A DNA stretch of 64,000 bases from a virus: positions 16,432-80,431 of IMG/VR virus record IMGVR_UViG_3300050343_000177; one strand, 5' to 3'. Positions 10,016-21,422 of the stretch are shown piece after piece. The position numbers and the translations under genes are program-made. Position 1 is the first letter of the stretch. Each line of letters starts with the position of its first letter. Below the pieces are notes generated by a model. That model saw nothing but the letters and a program-made list of their open reading frames with translations, searched no databases and was not told where the DNA came from.

Positions 10016-10303
10016 TTAACCGCGCATTCTTGCAAACCTAAGTGACTCATTAGGTGCCTCTTCTCTACCTTCTAATGCTTCTACTGCCATAGCTTGTGCA
10101 GCATGTTCGTTAAACCCTTTGGACTTATAGTTATCTTCGTATTGCTGATACTTTTCTACTGAACCTTCGAAGTCATCGTGTGTAATCATCTCTGCTGCCA
10201 TTTGATTAGCAGCTTGATCTGGAATACCATCTGACTTTAGATGTTTCCAGATATTCTGATATAGTTCAGGAGTTACCTCTTCGCCAGCTTTGCGAATACT
10301 CAC
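10016..10303 (-). CDS. Hypothetical protein with internal repeat (GxxxxAAxxMAxE twice)
   Basis: 95 aa ORF. Confidence 0.6.
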   Translation of the reverse strand: MSIRKAGEEVTPELYQNIWKHLKSDGIPDQAANQMAAEMITHDDFEGSVEKYQQYEDNYKSKGFNEHAAQAMAVEALEGREEAPNESLRFARMRG

Positions 10304-10383
10304 AACAATTACTAATCAGACTATTAATATTGTAGTCAATTGATTACATATACTGGTTCTTAGTAGCAACTTCACCACCAAGG

Positions 10384-10759
10384 TCAGGGCTCATACCCAG
10401 CTGCCATTGCTTTACCGTTAGCAATACCGTGCATAAACTTAGCTTTCTCAGGTGATTGCATCACTGAATTCATCTTCATCAGTGCAGAGCCAGACTGATT
10501 GGCATACAGTGCTTCTGACATACGCTCGGCAGCAAACAGTTGTGCTTTTGCTTCTTGCATCAGATCCTGCAGCAGTCTGACTACGGACTTGGCCCATTGC
10601 ATTAGCAGCTGCTTGAGGTGCAGCACTGCCAATGTTTTGCAATTGATTCTGTTCAGCAAGACGCTGATTGTTATATGGCTGTGTATTCACAGAAGGCTTA
10701 GACGCGCCACCTAGGTCATATGCATTCGGACCAGGACGAACAGGACTTTTCATATCCAC
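10384..10759 (-). CDS. Hypothetical late protein (frameshifted)
   Basis: Two overlapping ORFs of similar composition join into one. Confidence 0.5.
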
Positions 10760-10884
10760 CTAGGCCTCTCTGCATAGAGGACATTCCTAGGGTTTCCTGT
10801 GCAACTGAATAAGGTGATTCATTACTTAATACCGTTCTATATATCTATTGTAAGGGGACTGAATAAACAATCCCCTAACAGTTA

Positions 10885-11791
10885 TCAGCCCTCTTGGACG
10901 AGCATCTTGGCTTGCAGTGCACCCTGTGGTGCCTGTGCCAAATACTTCCAAGCATTCTCAGGGTTGTTATCCATCATCTGACCGAAGCCACCCCAGAAGT
11001 CATTAGCCTGATTCACCTGACGACCAGGTGTAGGCATTGCCATCTCAGGACGCTGGAAGTTCTGAGGAACGTTATTCTGCTCTTGTGCACGAATCTCAGT
11101 TCTCGAACTGATCGCGAGCTTGCATACTGCTGCATCTGATACTGCCTCTTCTGCAGTAGGAGTTGGATAAGGACCTTCAGGACCATAGAAGTCATTGACG
11201 TAGTCAGCAAGCACGTCTGGGTCAGTCAGCATGAGGTTCATTGCTGCACGCTCTTCACCAGCTGCTTCAAGCATCAGTGATTGAGACTTGGACAGCTTGA
11301 ACTTGCTCGATCAGTGCATCTTCTACAGCACAGGCATACTGGTTAAGAAGCACAGGGAGCTTCTGCACCGAAGTGCTCAAGAACTTCAAGACTTGCGTCG
11401 CTGATCTGACTTAGATACGCGTCGCTTACCGCCTCTTGTTTGAGGCTGAAGGCCCTGCATTGGAGCCTGGGCCGTATAAGCCTGGGGTTGAAACTTGGGG
11501 ACTGTAGGTCGGCTGCGCCGAAGGCACCGACATTTGCTTGGGGAGTTGAAGCCCAATTGACTTGTTGAGAAGCCTGCGTTGTCGGAGTCTGGTATGCCGA
11601 GTACGGAACCTGGGTTTGGGAGGGGCTGCTTGTATTCAAGCTTGCGCTGAGCGCCTGGAACGCCTCCTGCCATGGATTGCCCTGTGGTGCCGAAGCCTGC
11701 TGCGCCTGGGCCGGTGCCTGGTAAGTTGGCCGGAATTTGTGGGACCTGGTGCCTGGACCTGATAGGCCTGCGAGATTTGGGGCTGGCTCAT
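10885..11791 (-). CDS. Putative capsid scaffolding protein (frameshifted)
   Basis: Q/P/A-rich, directly after portal; fragments 10885..11274 and 11343..11639 plus N-terminus MSQPQISQAYQ. Confidence 0.5.
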
Positions 11792-13657
11792 CCCTGGTTG
11801 GGAGACCGATGCCTGGATGCGGCGCTCGTCGGCATCGGAGAGCTTGTCGGGGCTTGGGCCGGAATCGCTTGGTTTGTAGCTTCCACTGTAACTTAACTCC
11901 TTACGTAAAAATTCGAGTGATCTATATAAGAACCCTGTGATATCAAGATTCGGATCAGATGCCAATGGCAAATCTGGCGTCTGTGGGTGTGGTAGTTGAT
12001 AAAGACTACCGAGTAATCCAATGAATGAATTTAAAGACTGTTGCGTTTGTTGAACCATCCTGAACGGATAGCCTGAAAGCATTGCTGCTCTCTCTTCATC
12101 CGTTTTATTTGGGAATAGATACTTAAGTGCTTCAATAGAATCGACACCTAATTCTTGAAGATTTCGGACGACAATACTGTTATTAAGAATGTCATCTGTA
12201 CCTTCTTCAAATACTTCTCCCATCCAACGCCAGCTAACTTTAGTGCTACCGTCAGGAACTAATCCAACTACTCCTGGAGGCATTTCGCCTGACTCAAGTG
12301 TAGCACGGATGTTTTCTTCTCTTTGTTGAATAAACTTCTGAATATCTTTCTGATATTTCTCCATTGCTTTCGTAAATGCTTCTTCATCACCAAACTCTTC
12401 AGGCAATGGAATCTCTGGTTTTTGACAAGACCAATCGCTACTGCAAATGATCTTGGAACATCTTCTCTTCATGATTAATCATTAATGAAACAACTTACAT
12501 AGACCGTAAGTGAAAAGACCTTTTGCTTTTTTCTCTGCTGTAGCTGCTACACGACCATAGAGTGTCTTGATTTCATAAGCAGTACCAGCAGTACCGATGT
12601 CAAGGTCATCTACACCGCCTAGTGCTAGACGAATCTCTGATCTGTAGTTCTTGACATATAGATTCTGGTCACCAGACACACTATCGGGTGTCATGTACTG
12701 AACACGGTCAGTTGGTTCAAGGTTTGCAATAACACGTGGGACTTTGATCTGTCCATCAACTGAACGCCCACCAAACGGCTGACTGACACGAGTGCTGTGC
12801 ATTGACCCACCAGTCATTGGTGCAAATCCTGCTTGTGAACTAATCGTTGGCTTGAAACTACTCTCGTCACCAGACTCAATCAGGTCGTGACGTGGGCGAC
12901 TTGATACCAGTGTTGGGTTACCAAAGAACTTGAGGTTCTTACGAATGTTTCTGGTTAGCTCATCGTGATACAGAATCTGATGTGCAAGCCAATCGAACTC
13001 ACCATTACCAGTTGCTTCACCTGTGCAATCCATATGATTGAACACTTCAACTGCTGGAATGAATCCAAGTGAGTTTGTCAGAGTCTCTGTAGACCCTGGC
13101 ATATTCATAGGCAGTGACCGTTCTCATTATCAAACTCAATCTTCTCATCAGAGATTGTTTGTTCGATCCTGTCTTGTAAACTTTCAGTCGAATATACTTT
13201 TTCTTACCACCACGACTTGTTGCATTGTCGCATATGCACCAAGCGTTTGATTGCTTTACTGCAAAGCTATAGACAAGCACGATGCTTTCTAATTCATTAT
13301 TCTGATCTCGATATGCTCTATAACTATCTTTTGGGAAATACAGAAGTTGATAATCATCACCTGTTGGCCTGAAGTAAAATAACCCTTGACCGTCACATAA
13401 GAAGTAATCAACAATACTGTCGAGCTTCATATCAAGCATGTTGTGCTCACATACTTGTTTTATAAACTCTCGACGTTTACCATATGAATCTTGTTCAGCA
13501 AAGAATTCAATTCCTCGACGCAGCATAAACATCCGCATCTGTGCTAGATGGGAAGACACAATCATGCTGTCTACAGACAGATCACCCCTACGCTCTTTAG
13601 CTGCAGTAAGATTTGTTGAAATCTCTGTCTGTACTTGAACTTGCTTACATATTTCAT
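11790..13657 (-). CDS. Putative portal protein (frameshifted; ends approximate)
   Basis: About 600 aa over three fragments immediately downstream of TerL; LGFIPAVEVFN...GNGEFD motif. Confidence 0.7.
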
Positions 13658-15158
13658 TCCTATGCACCACGTCTTAATAATCCACCCATCGTAAGCACCA
13701 TAGAATCTACAGCATCATCATGCTGTGAATGTCCGAAATTAATAGTTCATCTTCAAGGATATTCCACTTACGCCATTTGTTCCATACACTTTTTATGTTC
13801 ATACAACCAAGCACTCCACGTAATCTTGCTAGTTTGTCTCCTTTAAATCCTTTCACTGGTGAGCATGCAAGGTTATATAAAGCACGTTGCTCAAACATCA
13901 CACGTTTAAAGTCACCTTCAAATGATGTCTGATATGCAACAGCTTCTGGCCATATCATGCACGGCGACATCGTAGGGAACCATTGACCTTCATCGTTTTC
14001 AAGCAAGATGTTCCAGTCAGATAAGCATCTCACATAAAGTATCCATCTTCTCTAGATTGCCCATTGTTCGTGACCGACGTTGGTCAATGAGATATATCTT
14101 TCCGTCTTTGATGCCACCTAGTGTCATTACAGTCCAGTCATTCTTTTCGCTTAGGCCAGCACTAAGGTCAATACCTACGCCTAAGCAGTCATAATCTTCT
14201 GGGACTACATCTTTGACAATCAGTTCTGGTGAGATACCGACGTCTGCATTACGAACTGCTGTATTGAGATACTGATATGCAAAGGCAACACGATCTTCCA
14301 TCTTGCGTTCGTTTAGATACTTCATTGACCAGAACTCTGGCCAGTACGAACGTTGCCTACCGTCAGCGTCTGTTATGACAGCTTTCTGTACAATCTGTTT
14401 CCAGTTGTTCTTGGGGACAAAGAGAGTGGCGTGAATATCGTCAAAGTGGAAGCGGGTTCCCAAACAGATAGCCCGTGCACCTTGGAACATCGTTGGTGCG
14501 ATAACGTTAGACCACGTCTGCTCCATCTCACGGCGAATGTCTGGGTTGTTGATTGAAGCGGCAGATTTGATAGGGTCATCAATAAGCACCAGCTGCGATC
14601 GTTTAGAGGTGATTGCACCTTTGAGACCACCACACGCAATTGTGAAAGCTTCTTCACCTGCTGTGTCAATGCCTGCAAAATCATAGTCAATACTCCAGTA
14701 TTCATCTGAACGTTTAATCTTTGAAAGTCTCACCATTGGAAAGACTTCACGGTATTTATTACTTGTCAAAATACCTTTAATGGTTGCACTCTTTGCTCGA
14801 CTGATGTCAACCATGTATGCAATATATAGTATACGCAACATCTGCTTTGCTGCGGTATGTCTACCAATCATCCATGCTGCAAATAGTCCAAGCACTGTTG
14901 ACTTAGCTGAACCACGTGGTGCAAGGATTGCAGTATTAGGTCCACCAATGCCCATCAAGCATTCACTATCTACACCAGTACATAACTCTGCGTGCCACTC
15001 ACGCATATGATTAGCAGGAGCTTTACCCATAAATACACAGAAGTCTTTGAAGTCATCTCGTGCTCTAATACTTCTGGTGATGGTGGCTTAGTTGTTACTT
15101 TAGTTGCCGTCATTAATGCTGAACGACGATAAGCTAATGCTGCACTTGGTATTGCCAT
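13650..15158 (-). CDS. terL: Terminase large subunit (frameshifted; 3' end approximate)
   Basis: Walker A APRGSAKST, Walker B LVLIDDP, GTRFHFDD, nuclease GIDL...NDWT...HDDAVD. Confidence 0.9.
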
Positions 15159-15181
15159 ACAGTTAGACCTTTAGGTTCAGT

Positions 15182-15583
15182 CTAACGATATAATTCTGTT
15201 CCCATCCCTAATACATCACGAGCATTTCTCAATATCGTACTTCTCTTAAAGCGTGCTGAGCGTCCCTGTCCTTTACTCAGTCGGTTGTCTGCATTTGATG
15301 CTCTCTCCGATTGCTTCTGTGCTTGACGTCCTCTAGCTTTGGCTATTGCTTTACTTCTTGCAGATTGTTGACGAGAGATATCGTAGACATATCTCATATC
15401 ATTCATTAACTCCGCAGCTTCTATCTGTCTGTTATTAGTGAAGGCCAGATTATCTAAGTCACCAGATGGCATACCTGGCAGGCGTTTTGCAAGAGTACCT
15501 TCTAATCGTAAAGTGCCTGTACTGGCATCCTTGATTTCTGCCATCTCAGGCAGCTCTCTGCGAGAATTGACTGGAAGGTGCAT
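15182..15583 (-). CDS. Hypothetical basic protein
   Basis: 133 aa ORF. Confidence 0.55.
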   Translation of the reverse strand: MHLPVNSRRELPEMAEIKDASTGTLRLEGTLAKRLPGMPSGDLDNLAFTNNRQIEAAELMNDMRYVYDISRQQSARSKAIAKARGRQAQKQSERASNADNRLSKGQGRSARFKRSTILRNARDVLGMGTELYR

Positions 15584-15622
15584 AAGTCCCCTCCATCGCT
15601 TGAATAGTAGATGCGCCGTACA

Positions 15623-16163
15623 TTATGTGTTACTCAGTTCACTATAGATTTTGGACCACACTGCATTGATTGCATTCTCAATAGGTTCAGCAAACTGTGG
15701 GTCATCTTTGAAGATACCTGTTAGTTCACGCATCACACGGTCAGCACCAGCAAGCACTAGTCCACGCTTATCTGTTGTGCGATTCATCTTGTCCGACGTT
15801 TCGATGTGACTACGGAGTTCTTTCTCCAAGGCAGCAAGGCGTTGGCAGCCATTGTCAGCTTTGACTTCGCCTGAGGTAATTGCCATTCGAAGCTCTTGTA
15901 TATCGGAGTGAAGAGCAGCAATTTCGCTATTAAGTATTTCACGTCGGTTGAGCTTCTTATACTTCATCTTTGACCCAACGACTTAGATCATTGAACGAAC
16001 CTGGGTATTGAAGGATTCCTGCATATACCCAAATTTCAATCACACTTGGAGTGACTTCAGCAAATTCTTTGAAGTCTTCACTTTCAGCAGCAGGTAGTGT
16101 ATCTAGCCATTGGTCTACATAGGTGAGGTATACCTTCCCCCCAGTTGCTTCTTTGGTAGGCAT
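15623..16163 (-). CDS. Possible terminase small subunit (frameshifted)
   Basis: Two ORFs join to about 180 aa, helical/coiled-coil, near terL; positional inference. Confidence 0.35.
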
Positions 16164-16915
16164 CAGAATGCCCTCGCCATTGAACGACTGCGTGCAGACT
16201 GTCTATTAGCTTTCTGAGAATCTAAGTTATCTTGATAGCCCATTGTCTTACGTTGCTGTTCACCTGTCTCTGTTATGTTTTTAGTACTAGTATCAGATTG
16301 ATACATACTGGCTTCTTTTGTTGCATCTGCTCCATACTTGCTAGCTTCGGCTGATTTCTTAGAACTATACTTACTAGCATCTGCTGATTGCTTCGCACTA
16401 TATTTAGATGCACCTGCTGCTATATTTGCCTGTTGATTTCCATAGCTACCTTTAATGTTAGCTAATTGTTTATTCTGTTTACCTTGCGCAATAGTGGTAA
16501 GCCTATCTTGACGTCCTTTACTCTTGTTTAATAAACGCTGCTGCTCTCCTGTAGCGGCAACCATTCCTATGTCTCTCTCATTTTGATTATCAGCAAACTT
16601 ATCTTGTAATTCAAACTGACCAGCCATTGACTGCATACCATAATTAAACTCTTGCTGCATATTGGATGCAGTATTTCTCTGCTCCAAATCAGCGGCGTGA
16701 GTCATATTTCTCTGTGCAATTCCAGATTGTGTCTTTGCCATACCTTTTGCTAAGGATTGGTCAAAACCAGACTGCACCATGTTGGCTTGAAAGTTCCGTT
16801 TCATCGCACGGCCTTCAGAATCATCTTTATCAGGCTTAAAGTTATAGAACTCATTCATTACTTGGTTAAATCCAAAGTTACCTTGATCAGCAGCCATCTG
16901 TCTTACGCTTAACAC
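16163..16915 (-). CDS. Putative internal virion / ejection protein
   Basis: Q/A/S-rich helical protein with ASKY repeats. Confidence 0.5.
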   Translation of the reverse strand: MLSVRQMAADQGNFGFNQVMNEFYNFKPDKDDSEGRAMKRNFQANMVQSGFDQSLAKGMAKTQSGIAQRNMTHAADLEQRNTASNMQQEFNYGMQSMAGQFELQDKFADNQNERDIGMVAATGEQQRLLNKSKGRQDRLTTIAQGKQNKQLANIKGSYGNQQANIAAGASKYSAKQSADASKYSSKKSAEASKYGADATKEASMYQSDTSTKNITETGEQQRKTMGYQDNLDSQKANRQSARSRSMARAF

Positions 16916-16976
16916 TATTGATTACATTATATCTATTATTTCTTACTACAATAGATTTAAGCCTTGCGTTAGATAT

Positions 16977-17502
16977 ATGCGATTTGCTTCTGCTGGTAAA
17001 AGTAATGGTGCTAGCTATGCAGCTGCAGGTAAAGCTGTAGCTAATAGTGCGGCTAATATCTTTGACGTTCAACGTAAGACAGGACCTGATTACGGAGGTC
17101 TTTCCAAAGTTGCAATGAAGACTGCATCAGAAGAAAAGATTGCTGGCATGAAAGCTGAGGCAACTGTTGCACGCGCAGGGATTCAAGCAGTAGCAGGGAT
17201 GAAGAAGGCTCAAATTCAAAGTTAGAAGTATTTAATCGTAAAGGGTCAAGAGATTAAACCAATAGGCAACGTAAAGCAGGTGGGCTCGCAGCAATTGGCA
17301 AGATTGCAGGGGCTGGGTTCCTTGCAGCTACCGACAATACCAAAGGTAGGGAAAGACCTAAGGCAGATTAAATACAAGACTTCTTTACTCAGCTAGACGG
17401 ACGTACTGAGTTCAAAGGGCAGACTATGCTTCATAATCGTGTAAAAAGCGAAGATCCTATGTTTAGTTCTGGTGGTAATTTCTATCACTATGCAGGTCAA
17501 TA
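16977..17502 (+). CDS. Putative internal virion protein (MRFA N-terminus), fragmented
   Basis: N-terminus resembles 18787 and 19225 proteins; later fragments end ...GRTEFKGQ...DPMFSSGGNFYHYAGQ*. Confidence 0.45.
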
Positions 17503-17506
17503 AGCA

Positions 17507-18089
17507 TTAACCAAATGCTGCACCAAGTGAACCGAGGCCTGACATAAGCTGAGCAATCATTCGGTCGCGCTTATCCATACGATTTGTCTCACGGTCATAG
17601 TCCATACGCTTTTCGGCAAGGTCATTATTCATAATGGCCATTTGCATTGTTAAGCCATCTCGTGAATCTGCAAGCTCTCTTTCTTGAGTACGATTAAGAG
17701 CATTTTCTTTTCTAGTAAATGCACGTTCATTAGCTCTCTCACCTGATTCAAACATTCGATAAGCATCGTTTGATTTGAGAGTTGCAATACTAATTTCATT
17801 TGCAGCTTTCCTAGCATCAACGCCCTCTTGATCAATCCTTCTAGTCTCGTTATATTTGCTTTTTGTAGCGTTGTGCTGCTGTTTCAGCAAAGCCTTCTTT
17901 CTCAAGCATTTGCAGCCACCACGCTGCACCATCTCGTTTGACGTTGCCCTCCTCATCAAATGTTACACCCCCTTTAACTCTATCGGTGTACCAATTTGCT
18001 CCACCACCGCCACTACCCTTTAAGCGTTTTTTATACTCTTCTCTTACTTCGTCTGGAGTTTTAAATAATCCATTTTCTGGAGCAGCCAT
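17507..18089 (-). CDS. Coiled-coil hypothetical virion protein (frameshifted)
   Basis: ORFs 17850..18089 and 17507..17959 join. Confidence 0.5.
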
Positions 18090-18121
18090 CTTATAACCTT
18101 AAATATAACTCTTTTACTATT

Positions 18122-18787
18122 TTACACAGTTGCTAATGCTTGTTTTGCTTCAAGCATTCCAATGCGTGCTTCGAGCTCTTGGTTAGCACGAACGAGTAGT
18201 CCGATTACATCACCAGTATCGATGCACATCTTGCCGATGCTCTCATCGAAGTAGGTAGCATCAGGCAGGACCTTCTGGAACTCTTGTGCAATGAAGCCGT
18301 GATGCATACGCTCTGGGCTGGTGCTGAACTCTTCCTTGTAGTGGAAGGTGACAGGCTTCAGATTACGTAGCTTCTCAAGTGCAGTATCGATACGCTTCAC
18401 GTCATACTTAGTTGTTAAGAGTGTAAGTCCTGCACCTGCAATTCCACCGATTGCACTCATCATTGCAGAAGACTTCTCTGCTTCTGCCTGAGCTTTAGCT
18501 GCTTCAATCGTTGCCTTTGCTTGCATTGCTGCAGCTTGTGTTTGTCCAAACGATTTGATACCAGCTCCTGTTACCTGAGCTGCTGCGTTCATACCAGTTT
18601 GTTTTTCTGCAGAGTTTGTCTGCATTGCCATTGCAGATAGCTCATCAAACCTAGGAGCTTTACTCCTTGCCGTAGCAAATGAATTGCCAATATCTACTAC
18701 ACCTGCTGCTGCCGCTGCACCAGTACTACCACCTGCCGAAGCTAATGTAGGGGGCTCAAATGATATTCCAGAACCTGCAAAACGCAT
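18122..18787 (-). CDS. Ala/Gly-rich protein with C-terminal peptidase S74 (intramolecular chaperone) domain
   Basis: ALEKLRNLKPVTFHYK...HGFIAQEFQKVLP...IGLLVRANQELEARI. Confidence 0.8.
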   Translation of the reverse strand: MRFAGSGISFEPPTLASAGGSTGAAAAAGVVDIGNSFATARSKAPRFDELSAMAMQTNSAEKQTGMNAAAQVTGAGIKSFGQTQAAAMQAKATIEAAKAQAEAEKSSAMMSAIGGIAGAGLTLLTTKYDVKRIDTALEKLRNLKPVTFHYKEEFSTSPERMHHGFIAQEFQKVLPDATYFDESIGKMCIDTGDVIGLLVRANQELEARIGMLEAKQALATV

Positions 18788-18814
18788 AGCTGTATTACTT
18801 AGTCTCTACTTAGT

Positions 18815-19225
18815 TTACCAAAAATTTTGATTTAAGTTAAAATTACTTGGACCGTATGAACCGAAGGATGTAGTAGCAGCTTTTGGCTTAAAGGCTCCAA
18901 TAGCAGCACCACCTATACTACCAAGCATGCTGCTCAAGCCTTGTGACTGTGTTGCAGATGCGGCTGCTTCACCTTGAGCTTTAATTCCTGCAGCCTGTAG
19001 TGCACCCTGCTGAGCTAAAGCTTCACCAGTGATACCTGCTGTTGCTACGTCTGCTGATGCTTGCATACCAGCCATCGCTTCTTCAGCTGCGTTTTTCATT
19101 CCCATCTTGGATGATGTGCCCCAGTCAGGTGCCGTTTTAGCTAAGGCAGCACTAATATCTTTATTAGCGTTACTTGCGGCATTAATATAGTTACCACCAT
19201 TTATTGCTTGTCCTGCGAAACGCAT
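18815..19225 (-). CDS. Ala/Gly-rich putative internal virion protein (MRFAG N-terminus)
   Basis: Paralog-like similarity to the N-terminal half of 18122..18787. Confidence 0.55.
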   Translation of the reverse strand: MRFAGQAINGGNYINAASNANKDISAALAKTAPDWGTSSKMGMKNAAEEAMAGMQASADVATAGITGEALAQQGALQAAGIKAQGEAAASATQSQGLSSMLGSIGGAAIGAFKPKAATTSFGSYGPSNFNLNQNFW

Positions 19226-19255
19226 ATCTATGGTGCTTATTATCTTTTAATTCTA

Positions 19256-20440
19256 TCAAAGAGTGTCATAGTAAGCTTGATTACTAGCTTCGTTACGCTT
19301 ACGTCTCTCTGACTCAATCGTATTACCAATAGCCATACCTCCAAGTGCTCCTGCACTGCCTCCCATTAAGCCACGCTTCACTGCATCTGGATCAACCTTA
19401 CCTTCGAACTCTCCACCCTTTCTATACTTACGACCTCTACGTACCCCTGCCATTGTTCCGGCAACGGATGATAAGAATGGAACTAGTGCCGTGTTGACAG
19501 GCAGTGATCTACCAAGAAACTGAATTTCTGCACCGTGGATGCCATCAGTCGTAGCACGTAGTACTCCGCCAGGTAGGCTTATGTTCCCATCATCAAATGG
19601 ATTCATATCAATCGCTTTGTCATACTTAAATGCTTTATAAGCGTTGTACTCACCTTTACTTACATCAGGTCGTACTTTCTTGAATTCATCCCAGTCAAGT
19701 AGATTACCTGTACGTCCAAGAATATACTTAGATGCTACTTCTAGCACTGCGTTGTCAGTCTTCGATGGGTCCTGTGCATTAGGTACAACTGCTTCGTATC
19801 CTTCATATCCTCCAAAGGGTGTCATTAGACCCATACCTTGGTTGATTGCAAAACCAACAGGTGCACCTAAGGCTGCAACCATTCCACTTCTATAGTTACG
19901 ACGCTTAGCTCTACCATTAGCGCCATATATACCTTCAGCTGGTACTTCTCTACCAGTCTCGGTAAGCCGTGTTAGTCCTGCAGCTTTTAAGTCATTAATA
20001 TTAAATGGTGTATTTAAATCTGTTGAACCGTACAACGACGGATTAGATTTCTTTAAACCATAGTCATTTAAAACGTTACCAGCTGCTTGCGCTGCATTCA
20101 GTAGCCACCATATACTTCTACTCTTATCCTGAATGATATCTGCACCTAATGCACCACCGAGTTGACCAATGCGTCCGCCTGGTGTCTGCTTCATTTCCAT
20201 CCCAAGCAACGCTCGAGCTTCCATTGCATCCCTATCAGCAATACCTAGATTCTCACGAATGCGATAGACAAGTGGGTGCTCACCCATTGTTTTATCCATA
20301 CGTGGTGCATCATCATCTAGGCCTTGCAACTCACGAGTTTTATAAAACATCTTTGCTTGTTCATCAGCACCACGCCCTATCTCTTCTTTAAACGCTGAAC
20401 GTGCGTATTTAGCCTGTTGAATTAACTCTTCTAAATTCAT
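19256..20440 (-). CDS. Hypothetical virion protein
   Basis: 394 aa ORF in late operon. Confidence 0.6.
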   Translation of the reverse strand: MNLEELIQQAKYARSAFKEEIGRGADEQAKMFYKTRELQGLDDDAPRMDKTMGEHPLVYRIRENLGIADRDAMEARALLGMEMKQTPGGRIGQLGGALGADIIQDKSRSIWWLLNAAQAAGNVLNDYGLKKSNPSLYGSTDLNTPFNINDLKAAGLTRLTETGREVPAEGIYGANGRAKRRNYRSGMVAALGAPVGFAINQGMGLMTPFGGYEGYEAVVPNAQDPSKTDNAVLEVASKYILGRTGNLLDWDEFKKVRPDVSKGEYNAYKAFKYDKAIDMNPFDDGNISLPGGVLRATTDGIHGAEIQFLGRSLPVNTALVPFLSSVAGTMAGVRRGRKYRKGGEFEGKVDPDAVKRGLMGGSAGALGGMAIGNTIESERRKRNEASNQAYYDTL

Positions 20441-21114
20441 TACATCATTCCTGTATTGTCAAAGTAACGATCTTGAACTCCTGGGATTAACCCAGCACCT
20501 GCGAGTGTCTGTTGTCTAATCTGTTCAGCAAACTGTGCCTGCTGTTCTGCGCTCATACGTTCATAAGCAGTCTGACCTTCTCCACCAAATACTTTATCCT
20601 TACCACGTTGCAATGTATCTCCAACCATCATCCCTGCATAGTCACCACCAATCGAACCAGCCATATCAGCCATAAACCCAGCAGTGTCTCCAAAGCGTTG
20701 GCCTGCACGTCCGAGTGCTAATCCACCAAGTCCACCACCTACTGCTGATGTAGTACCAGCAATTAACTTATCTCCTAAGTCGCCTGGTGTTTGCAAAGCT
20801 GCAAGTCCACCAAAGAATGCGTCAGGTGCAAGACGCCCGACAATTTGACCTTTATCCATTGTTCCAAATAGTGCTTTACCAATACCAGATTTAAATGCAG
20901 GGTTAGTGACTGCCATCTGGGCAAGCTTTTGTCCACCCATTCTCGTGGCTGTAGCTTGTGCTAATCCAGGGATTGCTAACTGTGTAGCTGCAGCTTTAGC
21001 ACCGCCTAATCCTATTAACCCTTTAGCAGCTGTAAATGCAGATGCAAGCTTTGCACCGATACCAAACTTTGCAGCTAATGCACCTGCTGCTGGAATAATT
21101 GCGGGTAAAGCCAT
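20440..21114 (-). CDS. Gly/Ala-rich putative internal virion protein
   Basis: 224 aa, glycine-zipper segments. Confidence 0.55.
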   Translation of the reverse strand: MALPAIIPAAGALAAKFGIGAKLASAFTAAKGLIGLGGAKAAATQLAIPGLAQATATRMGGQKLAQMAVTNPAFKSGIGKALFGTMDKGQIVGRLAPDAFFGGLAALQTPGDLGDKLIAGTTSAVGGGLGGLALGRAGQRFGDTAGFMADMAGSIGGDYAGMMVGDTLQRGKDKVFGGEGQTAYERMSAEQQAQFAEQIRQQTLAGAGLIPGVQDRYFDNTGMM

Positions 21115-21422
21115 TATTGTTGCTCCTCTTGTGGCTGCTGTGGCTGTGGGTTTGCCATCATCATTCTAGCTTGATTGAACTCACTGCCTTGATTAGATAA
21201 TCCGAATGACGCCATCCAGTTATCTGTTCGTGCTTTTTCGTTTGGATCATTCATCATCTGCATAGCACGATTACCTACTGGTCCTGCCATTCGTGACTTA
21301 CCAAACCCTTCATCTGACGGGCGTTCTACTGATCCATCTAGTAGTCCAAAGTTACTTGGAGTTTCCTGTGCCTGACGCTTAAGGCTTAAGCCCTGTTTGA
21401 TATCTTCTGATGAGTAATTCAT
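21114..21422 (-). CDS. Hypothetical protein
   Basis: 102 aa coupled ORF. Confidence 0.55.
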   Translation of the reverse strand: MNYSSEDIKQGLSLKRQAQETPSNFGLLDGSVERPSDEGFGKSRMAGPVGNRAMQMMNDPNEKARTDNWMASFGLSNQGSEFNQARMMMANPQPQQPQEEQQ

